A stretch of 64,000 bases of DNA, taken from the NCBI GenBank assembly GCA_001873215.1, contig MNYS01000008.1, positions 2,657 to 66,656 of the forward strand. The letters are read 5' to 3'. Made by a program: the position numbers and the translations under genes. The notes below the pieces were generated by a model. The model was not told the DNA's origin and made no database searches. It worked only from the letters and a program-made list of their open reading frames with translations. This DNA comes from Candidatus Levybacteria bacterium CG2_30_37_29 (GTDB lineage Bacteria; Patescibacteriota; Microgenomatia; Levybacterales; GWA1-39-11). This document shows positions 57,325-64,000 of the stretch, one piece after another; positions within the stretch are counted from its first letter, which is position 1; each line of letters begins with the position of its first letter.

Positions 57325-57876
57325 CTATGGGTTGTAGTTTCTTAGAGAAGTAGACGATTTAAATGTTGCCTGAGATTTTGTTTCAAATAAACCGCCTGCC
57401 GCATTTTTATCCGAAAGCGTAAAACTATATTCAACAGTTGGCACAGAGTAAGGATCGCTTTCTGATTGAATACATTTGAAATAACATGTCGAGGAATCAT
57501 TTTCAACCTGAGACTTATCTATAAGGTCGACAAGGGGCTCTGCCAAAGATCCACTCGAAGAAGCGATAGTACTATTTAAACACGAAAGTGTGGTTACGCC
57601 TCCGTCATATCTTATTAAATCAATTGTTTGCCCGGATGGGCTAGTAGTACAATCAGAGATATCTGTATCATTTATTTTTATAACCGACTCTGATGTAGTA
57701 ATAGTATTTGAAATTACCGATAGTGCATAATTTCCGTTTTGGGCAACTGTTGTTGTAATTCGTGTTTTATTACTTCCACGAAGAGTAGTGTAAACAATTC
57801 CTATAATAATATTTGATATAACTACAAGAATTCCCATAACAGTCACAAGCTCTATCAAAGTATAACCTTTTTTCAT
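57325..57876 (-). CDS. type IV pilin-like protein
   Basis: Prepilin N-terminus KKGYTLIELV plus a hydrophobic helix. Confidence 0.55.
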   Translation of the reverse strand: MKKGYTLIELVTVMGILVVISNIIIGIVYTTLRGSNKTRITTTVAQNGNYALSVISNTITTSESVIKINDTDISDCTTSPSGQTIDLIRYDGGVTTLSCLNSTIASSSGSLAEPLVDLIDKSQVENDSSTCYFKCIQSESDPYSVPTVEYSFTLSDKNAAGGLFETKSQATFKSSTSLRNYNP

Positions 57877-57878
57877 TG

Positions 57879-58382
57879 TTATAATGAACCACCGCTTTTT
57901 GATGGATCTGCAAAACAAGACACAAGAATACTTGTATGACAATAAATATTTGCAGCTCCGCATTTTGTGTCTCTCCAGGAAACTTTTACAGTTACTTCTG
58001 TTTGAGAAAGCTGGGTTTCTGTGGGCGAGGGACAATTAAATGTATTTTTAGAGAAATCTACTTCTCTTATAAATTCTCCCTTTATATTTGGAGTGAGGCA
58101 CAGTAGGGTAAAGGGGTCATCCTTGTTCAGGTCAGTCACCTCATCCAGGCAATATGCTCCGTTTTTTGATTGAAATGATGAGAGATTATTGTTTCTAAGA
58201 TATCGGACATATTCCATTCCGTCCTGCGCGTATTTTGCGGCTGTACTTTGCGCTTTAATAAAAGAAGAGTTACTTATGCTTATCGTAACCAGTATTGAAA
58301 TAGACGCAAGAGTAATAAGTATTGCGCCTAAAGCTATTACAATTTCAATTAAGGTTTGACCTGAATTTGAAAATTTTTTCAT
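57879..58382 (-). CDS. type IV pilin-like protein
   Basis: N-terminal GQTLIEIV plus a hydrophobic helix. Confidence 0.5.
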   Translation of the reverse strand: MKKFSNSGQTLIEIVIALGAILITLASISILVTISISNSSFIKAQSTAAKYAQDGMEYVRYLRNNNLSSFQSKNGAYCLDEVTDLNKDDPFTLLCLTPNIKGEFIREVDFSKNTFNCPSPTETQLSQTEVTVKVSWRDTKCGAANIYCHTSILVSCFADPSKSGGSL

Positions 58383-58385
58383 TTC

Positions 58386-58916
58386 TTAATTTATTGCGAC
58401 ATTTCCTCCGCTGTCTAACGAAAGCGTTTGAGTAGCTCCATATCCTTGTAATTTGATCGAGCAGGGTACGCCGGTTATATAATTTGAAAGAGAATCAAAT
58501 TTTATCTCAGTACAGTCTGTATCATTTGTAACAATTGAAACGTTGTCAGGAAGTTTCTTTGAAGAAACTAGTGAATTATCAAGACCTGATCCGCACACAG
58601 CATAAATTTCATAAAAATTAGAAGGAGCATTACTACCCGGACACGTACCTCCGAGAGATTTCGCACATAAAACCACTTTATATCCAACCAGTGAATCTCC
58701 GGAGCAAGATGATGATTGTTTTATACTTGAAAGTGCATTAAATTTTGCAACTTCAATTGTTAATTTAAAATCATATGCTGCTTGCGTAAGTGTTTGTTTT
58801 CTACTGTAAGAAACAAAAGACGCAAGACCAATGCCGGAAACAATTGCTACAAGAGAAAATACAACCATCAACTCAATTAACGAAAAACCGTTCTGGTATT
58901 TCTTTTTCTTAATCAT
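58386..58916 (-). CDS. type IV pilin-like protein
   Basis: N-terminal NGFSLIELMVV. Confidence 0.55.
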   Translation of the reverse strand: MIKKKKYQNGFSLIELMVVFSLVAIVSGIGLASFVSYSRKQTLTQAAYDFKLTIEVAKFNALSSIKQSSSCSGDSLVGYKVVLCAKSLGGTCPGSNAPSNFYEIYAVCGSGLDNSLVSSKKLPDNVSIVTNDTDCTEIKFDSLSNYITGVPCSIKLQGYGATQTLSLDSGGNVAIN

Positions 58917-58922
58917 ACTAAT

Positions 58923-59408
58923 CTAGGGGTTTTCAAGAGTAAAAGAAACGTTTGTTTTGTCCGCACCGGTACAATCCGGCTGTAAATTTGGCGTTCTATT
59001 CTGATTTTTATCCGACTCGGTATCTCCATCGTTTTCCAAACATGCATAAAGAGTATATGTAAAAGTTACATTATCATAACTATATGAATAAGGAACTTTT
59101 GTAAGCGGGTCGCATGGCGTTTTTTTCATATATGTCGTGTTTCCTGTTGCGTCAGTAATTGACAACCCGCAACTGGGTAAAACGTCAGGATATAACCCAC
59201 TATCAGAACGGTAAAGCTCCAAAGCCGACTGAACCTGACGGAGATCAGACTTTCTTTGTGCATCACGTCCACGCTGCCTAACCCCGACAAAGTTTGCCAA
59301 TAGTAAAGACGCAAGAATCGAAATAATTGATATTACAACCAAAAGCTCTATGAGGGTAAACCCTTTACGAATTGAGAATTGAGAATTTAGAATTGAAAGT
59401 TTTTTCAT
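58923..59408 (-). CDS. type IV pilin
   Basis: KGFTLIELLVV prepilin motif. The leader is encoded by the AATTGAGAATT repeat. Start at the ATG at 59408. Confidence 0.6.
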   Translation of the reverse strand: MKKLSILNSQFSIRKGFTLIELLVVISIISILASLLLANFVGVRQRGRDAQRKSDLRQVQSALELYRSDSGLYPDVLPSCGLSITDATGNTTYMKKTPCDPLTKVPYSYSYDNVTFTYTLYACLENDGDTESDKNQNRTPNLQPDCTGADKTNVSFTLENP

Positions 59409-59761
59409 AATTTTAAACGTGATTTCTTTATGCTTGATACCAGTATAGCAATAATTTCTTGACATTCGCAATATTCTTTTTCCACCAACTTTGCAGGCAA
59501 TAATGCTGATAATTTAATAACTTCTAACCAATAAAGAGTTTCCTTCGCCTCTCTTAAAGATATTGACAGTTTTTGAATAAAATCTTTAGTAGAGGAAGCA
59601 TCTTGCGCCTCTTCCACGTTAGCACCTACAGCAGTTCCTGATCTTACTGTCTGCGAAGCGATAGCAAAACCGGCTGGGGTTTTGGGAAGCTTATTTGCTA
59701 GCAAAACTATAGTAACAGAAAAATTAAGTAATCTTTTTAAAAACTCTTTTTTCCATTCCAT
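59405..59761 (-). CDS. four-helix-bundle protein (23S rRNA intervening-sequence protein family)
   Basis: Characteristic ~120-aa helical protein (…GANVEEAQDASSTKDFIQKLSISLREAKETLYWL…). Flanked by inverted AATTGAGAA-unit repeats. Confidence 0.65.
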   Translation of the reverse strand: MEWKKEFLKRLLNFSVTIVLLANKLPKTPAGFAIASQTVRSGTAVGANVEEAQDASSTKDFIQKLSISLREAKETLYWLEVIKLSALLPAKLVEKEYCECQEIIAILVSSIKKSRLKL

Positions 59762-59795
59762 AATTTTCAATTCTCAATTTTCAACTTTCAATTAG

Positions 59796-60440
59796 TTACG
59801 GCGATGTGTTAGGACTTGATATGCCGTAATTACAAATAGAGCTTGCGCCTCCACATGTTTCAGTAGGTATACCGTTTGTTGAAAGACTAGCACAAATTCC
59901 TCCGCTACATGCCTGCGTATCTTTTATTCCTCTTTCCAAAGAAGCATAAAGGTAGTAAGTTTGATTGCCTGAAGGCGAATAATAAACATAAGTGCGGCTT
60001 TTTGAAGGGTCTTTAGGCAAAATGTCCATATATGGAGAAAACTGATTACTTCCCCAATCAAGAGCTGTTAATACGCCATTTATTGTAATATTTATCTTAT
60101 AACTATTACTTGCCGGATATTTTCCGTTGTCCTGATAATAGACTTCAAGAGCCCGCGCAATTTGAGCAAGGTCTGATTTTCTTTTTACATCTTGGGCTTT
60201 TTCAAATTGAGCCATAGGATTTAGCGCAGTCAAAACAAAAGTTGCAAGAATCGATATTATTCCAATTGCTACAATAAGCTCAATTAATGTAAACCCTTTT
60301 TTTACATTTTTGTTGTTTAGGAAAAAAACTGGAAGAAGGATATAAGAATTTGATTTCCAAAAAAATAAGCGACAAGCATTGAGGCAATAAGAAACGGACC
60401 AAATGGGATTGTCCCTTTTTTGAATGATTTTTTCTTCCAT
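59796..60440 (-). CDS. type IV pilin-like protein (start uncertain)
   Basis: KKGFTLIELIV prepilin motif. No in-frame ATG lies close to it, and the track start overlaps pilD. Confidence 0.45.
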   Translation of the reverse strand: MEEKIIQKRDNPIWSVSYCLNACRLFFWKSNSYILLPVFFLNNKNVKKGFTLIELIVAIGIISILATFVLTALNPMAQFEKAQDVKRKSDLAQIARALEVYYQDNGKYPASNSYKINITINGVLTALDWGSNQFSPYMDILPKDPSKSRTYVYYSPSGNQTYYLYASLERGIKDTQACSGGICASLSTNGIPTETCGGASSICNYGISSPNTSP

Positions 60441-61087
60441 ATAACCAGTATGATTGATACAACCGCGCCTGTCAAGAATGCTAAATATAGACCTGCAACA
60501 ATTCTTGGAAAAGACAAGAAAAATCCTATTATAAAAGACAGCTTTACGTCACCAAATCCCATACCTCTTCCTTTTGTAAACAAAAAAAGAAGAAAAAACA
60601 GTGAAAATGCAGCGAAAGCCGACAACAGTTTTAACGATAATTCATTCTGCGCAAAAAGTAATGTGTAGGCGGTAATTGTAACACCCGTTGCAAATAGAAT
60701 CTCATCCGGAATAATTCCGTATTCCAAATCAGTAAAAAAAATTGCGATAGAGGATGAAACGATAATAAGAAGGTAAATAAATGTTTGAAGAGAATATCCG
60801 GCTAATAAAAAATGTAAATAGATTACTGAAAAAAACATTCCTGTTGAAAATTCTACAAAAAAAATGCGAAATGGAATATCTGCCTTGCATTTGTGACACT
60901 TGCCGCGCAAAAAAAGGTAAGAAAAAAGTGGAACCAGCTCAAGAGGCGAAAGTATTTTTTTACAATTTACGCAGTGCGAACGACCTAGAAGAGTATGGTT
61001 TTTTTTCGGAAGCCTATCAATTAATACATTTAAAAAACTTCCTACAATAGATCCTAAAACAAAAAAATAAAGCGTGAACAAAACCAT
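60317..61087 (-). CDS. pilD: prepilin peptidase (A24 family)
   Basis: N-terminal zinc-knuckle-like CVNC…CHKC plus the polytopic peptidase core. Confidence 0.8.
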   Translation of the reverse strand: MVLFTLYFFVLGSIVGSFLNVLIDRLPKKNHTLLGRSHCVNCKKILSPLELVPLFSYLFLRGKCHKCKADIPFRIFFVEFSTGMFFSVIYLHFLLAGYSLQTFIYLLIIVSSSIAIFFTDLEYGIIPDEILFATGVTITAYTLLFAQNELSLKLLSAFAAFSLFFLLFLFTKGRGMGFGDVKLSFIIGFFLSFPRIVAGLYLAFLTGAVVSIILVIWKKKSFKKGTIPFGPFLIASMLVAYFFGNQILISFFQFFS

Positions 61088-61159
61088 ATTAATAGTATAT
61101 CAATAAAACTAAATATTTAGATGTGCGCATTTAAAATTAAACACGGAGGAAATCAATTT

Positions 61160-61726
61160 TTATCGAGTACACCAATAGCAGGAGGTTTGATGTGCGTCTT
61201 TTAGTGCTACAGTGCCGCAATTAACAGCATCTTCATCACCATTAATATCAAACTTAGTGTTTGTATTGTGAAGCAGCGATTTTGACTGTGGATTAAAACA
61301 TCCTATTGTTTGATTAGTTAATGTATCTTGAGTTATGAGTACATATTTTAAATTAGCCGCGCTTTTAAATGCCGCTTTAAGCTCATTGTCATTAATGAGC
61401 GCATCAAGGCAGTCTCCCATTGTACTTCCTGCCCCACCTAGCGCACTGGCAGCCGGAGCCGTAGCGAGATTACAGTCCGCCCCTCCATCAGCCTCTGTAT
61501 CCCATGGATAAGCTGTACGAGACGTATAATATCTGGTAACTGAAGTTATGAATTCTGTTAATATGTTAGTGGTTGTAGTATCCTGAGCTTTTTTTAACTG
61601 CTCAAAAGGATCAATCGTTGCGACAAGAGCTGCTGCAAGAATACCAAGAATTCCAATAACAACTAAGAGTTCAATGAGAGTGAAACCTTTTTTAGCATTA
61701 TACTTCAGGGCAGTGAATAATTTCAT
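61160..61726 (-). CDS. type IV pilin-like protein
   Basis: KKGFTLIELLVVIGILGILAA. C-terminal Cys pairs. Confidence 0.55.
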   Translation of the reverse strand: MKLFTALKYNAKKGFTLIELLVVIGILGILAAALVATIDPFEQLKKAQDTTTTNILTEFITSVTRYYTSRTAYPWDTEADGGADCNLATAPAASALGGAGSTMGDCLDALINDNELKAAFKSAANLKYVLITQDTLTNQTIGCFNPQSKSLLHNTNTKFDINGDEDAVNCGTVALKDAHQTSCYWCTR

Positions 61727-61761
61727 ATCTGTAATTATCAAAACACAAAAAAAATACCTTG

Positions 61762-62451
61762 TCAATAGGTAATTTTACTCATAAATACTTTTAAAAAGGA
61801 GTTTTCTAGAAACAATCTGATATTGATATTGTTTTCAAAGATAAGTGGAAGATTTTTCTCAAGAAGGAATGTAAATTCTACGAGCTTCTTAATATTATTT
61901 GGAGATATGTTCTTTTTTTCAAAAACTCCCTGAATAAGAATTTTCCGCGAGCAAAGTAATATTTTCTCAATTTCTTTATTTTCTTTCTTGGCTGACAGAC
62001 TTTCACAAAACGAAAAAGCTGAATATATCGCGCTATTCATTTTTCCCTGACTAAAAACATTCAATAATCCAGAATCAATTTTCTTATCTTCCTCAAAAAC
62101 TTGCGTACCGCTTTCAAGATGTAGGATTTTTGCCCTTGAAAGGATTGTCGGAATAAATTCTTCTTTTGTTGAGGCAAGAAAAATAATAAAAGTATTATCA
62201 GATAATTCTTCTAAAGTCTTTAGAAGTGCGTTTTGCGCAGCCTGTAAAATTCCTTCTCTTATAAGTATCACTCTTTTTTCGTTTTGACCAATTTTTTTTG
62301 AAATAATTTTTTTTATTTCCCTAGCTTGTTCTATTTTTACAATATCCTGATATTCATATATATAAAACGGTGGAATTTTTTGTGTTTTAAAAAAAAGAGA
62401 AAGAAATTCTTCTTGGCTTGGATGATTACCTATTATTATTTGTGCTTGCAT
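61762..62451 (-). CDS. DNA polymerase III delta'/delta-like clamp-loader subunit (truncated)
   Basis: LLKTLEELSDNTFIIFLAS and IPTILSRAKILHL resemble HolB sensor motifs. It has no Walker A. Confidence 0.4.
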   Translation of the reverse strand: MQAQIIIGNHPSQEEFLSLFFKTQKIPPFYIYEYQDIVKIEQAREIKKIISKKIGQNEKRVILIREGILQAAQNALLKTLEELSDNTFIIFLASTKEEFIPTILSRAKILHLESGTQVFEEDKKIDSGLLNVFSQGKMNSAIYSAFSFCESLSAKKENKEIEKILLCSRKILIQGVFEKKNISPNNIKKLVEFTFLLEKNLPLIFENNINIRLFLENSFLKVFMSKITY

Positions 62452-62488
62452 ATTGACATTATATCATTGTATCCAATACGATTATTAT

Positions 62489-64000
62489 ATGGATGAACAA
62501 AACCAGAATAAAATTGTGGGAAGTTCGACTCCGGCTAATCCTTCTACTCAACCTGTTGGAAAAAGCGTAGCTGACATTCTCGCTGGCGAGCATATATTGA
62601 CTCCGGATCAACTCGTTCAATTAAAAACTCAAGCGGCAAATAACGGAACATCGGTTGACAAGCTTTTGCTTGATACAAAAATAGTAGGAGAAGAAAAATA
62701 CTATGAAGCACGAGCAAAACTTATCGATTATCCTTTTATATCAGTTGCAACTCTTCCATTTTCGCCTGAAGCTCTAAGCTTTGTTCCCAAAGCTGTCGCC
62801 GAAAGATTTAATTTAATTCCATTTGCTTACGACAAAGCGCAAAACACTCTTTCTGTCGCGATGTCCAATCCTCTTGAAATGGATACGGTCGGCTTCATAC
62901 GGCAAAAAACGGGGCTTACGATAAATGTTTTTCAGGGATTACCAAGCGAAATCACACAAGCAGTTCAAAACCAGTACACTTTTGGTCTTGTCGGCGAAGT
63001 AAAAGAAGCACTGAAAGAAACAGAACAAGTAGGCGCTGTTAAAACTTTTGATAAAGACAGCATATCCCAAGTTATTAAGGAAGCCCCAATTGCAAAAATC
63101 GTTTCAACGATTCTTGAATACGCAATAAAAAGCAGAGCATCTGACGTACATATGGAACCGCAAGAAGATAGAGTTAGGGTTAGATATAGAATCGACGGAA
63201 TTCTTTATGAAAGACTTTCTCTGCCGCACGGAGTACAGGAATCTGTCATTTCACGAATAAAGATTCTTTCTGAAATGAAAATAGATGAACATAGAACGCC
63301 ACAAGACGGACGGTTTAATTTTAAATTTGGAGATGAAGAAATAGATTTGCGTGTCAGCGCTCTTCCTACAGTCTTTGGTGAGAAAATTGTAATGCGTCTT
63401 TTAAAAAAATCTGGCGGTATACCGACCCTTCCGGAACTCGGAATCAGAAGTTCGGCTTTAAGAAATCTTGAAGCAAGCATCTTAAAACCTCACGGAATAA
63501 TAATTGTTTGCGGACCTACGGGTTCTGGAAAAACAACAACTCTTTATTCGGTTTTATCAAAATTAAATACAACCCGAGTAAATATTATGACTTTGGAAGA
63601 CCCCGTAGAATACCAAATTATGGGAGCAAATCAGGTTCAGATAAATCCCGATGTGGGACTCACTTTTGCAACCGGGTTGCGCGCTTTCTTGCGCCAGGAT
63701 CCAAACATTATTCTTGTCGGAGAAATCCGGGACAAAGAAACAACAGAGCTTGCAATACAAGCCTCTCTTACCGGTCACTTGGTATTCTCAACACTTCATA
63801 CATCAAGCGCGGCAGGCGCCCTTCCAAGACTAATTGATATGGGAGCCGAAACTTTTCTTTTAGCATCAACCATGAATGCGATTATGGGACAGCGAATTGC
63901 CAGAAAAATTTGTGCCCATTGCAAAACTACATATGTTCCGCCAAAAGAGTTAGTTCTCGAACTTAGAAAAACTCTTGGCTCTCTTATGACTGCAAAGGAT
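62489..64000 (+). CDS. pilB: type IV pilus assembly ATPase PilB/GspE family (3' partial)
   Basis: Open frame to the window end (504 codons). Walker A GPTGSGKTT, Asp box, Walker B and His box (LVFSTLHT). Confidence 0.85.
   Translation, partial: MDEQNQNKIVGSSTPANPSTQPVGKSVADILAGEHILTPDQLVQLKTQAANNGTSVDKLLLDTKIVGEEKYYEARAKLIDYPFISVATLPFSPEALSFVPKAVAERFNLIPFAYDKAQNTLSVAMSNPLEMDTVGFIRQKTGLTINVFQGLPSEITQAVQNQYTFGLVGEVKEALKETEQVGAVKTFDKDSISQVIKEAPIAKIVSTILEYAIKSRASDVHMEPQEDRVRVRYRIDGILYERLSLPHGVQESVISRIKILSEMKIDEHRTPQDGRFNFKFGDEEIDLRVSALPTVFGEKIVMRLLKKSGGIPTLPELGIRSSALRNLEASILKPHGIIIVCGPTGSGKTTTLYSVLSKLNTTRVNIMTLEDPVEYQIMGANQVQINPDVGLTFATGLRAFLRQDPNIILVGEIRDKETTELAIQASLTGHLVFSTLHTSSAAGALPRLIDMGAETFLLASTMNAIMGQRIARKICAHCKTTYVPPKELVLELRKTLGSLMTAKD

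Noticed and set aside
59369-59800. CRISPR array suggested by AATTGAGAATT repeats
   Set aside because: The repeat units are 7-8 nt, contiguous, and lack spacers. They are not a CRISPR.
63205-63837. Four small ORFs at the right edge
   Set aside because: All lie inside the continuous pilB frame (62489 to the window end), which carries Walker A/B motifs.

Overview
This is an AT-rich bacterial window with short, tightly packed genes. Its content is consistent with a reduced genome of the Candidate Phyla Radiation (Patescibacteria) type. Several aminoacyl-tRNA synthetases are domain-reduced, a type IV pilus/competence-like locus is large, and four-helix-bundle and SurA-N-type proteins are present.

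What I can support from the sequence:
- **Housekeeping blocks.** The first is rarA, obg, murF, murE, a DEAD-box helicase, trigger factor, thrS-infC-rpmI-rplT and pheST. The second is tyrS-recG-rpmF-nusB-rnc-rpsP-KH-trmD.
- **A thiol/disulfide module at the left end.** It comprises CcdA, a Cys-rich secreted protein and a secreted protein with three tandem thioredoxin-fold CxxC repeats. A small metal cluster lies next to it: a YHS domain, a ZIP transporter and a cupredoxin.
- **A type IV pilus locus (54.2 kb to the window end).** It contains pilO/N/M, about six pilin-like genes, the prepilin peptidase pilD and a partial pilB ATPase. A four-helix-bundle gene flanked by inverted repeats sits inside the locus.
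- **An IS481-family insertion sequence** at about 47.1-48.3 kb.
- **Thirteen intact tRNA genes:** Pro, Ala, Leu-TAA, Gln, Gly, Phe, Val-TAC, Leu-GAG, Leu-CAG, Leu-TAG and Val-GAC. Seven of them cluster at 29.7-33.9 kb.
- **Pseudogenes.** pyrD is frameshifted into two pieces. A membrane protein carries an in-frame TGA. A riboflavin-kinase domain has no canonical start codon.

The most unusual material is the tRNA hub at 29.7-33.9 kb, together with related sites at 7.5 kb and 36.3 kb.
- An 18-20 nt perfect GC-rich palindrome, CCTGCCTGCCGGCAGGCAGG, occurs five times. Three copies sit inside tRNA or tRNA-fragment loops (D-loop twice, T-stem once). One sits downstream of tRNA-Gly. One forms an in-frame 6-codon insertion in rarA.
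- A tRNA-Leu(CAG) gene is split into a 5' piece and a 3' piece with exactly complementary acceptor strands. A small GIY-YIG gene and a second, intact tRNA-Leu(CAG) lie between the pieces.
- The tRNA-Val(GAC) at 36.2 kb is followed by a partial tandem copy. That copy carries a 38-nt GC-rich hairpin exactly between anticodon-loop positions 37 and 38.
- Conserved hairpin repeats follow the 3' ends of several tRNAs.
- A 51-nt repeat is intact at 30.4 kb, and a second copy of it at 47.1 kb appears to be the IS481 target.

A block of uncharacterised genes at 22.1-26.5 kb (epimerase, NUDIX, P-loop kinase, two large unknown proteins) is also worth attention.
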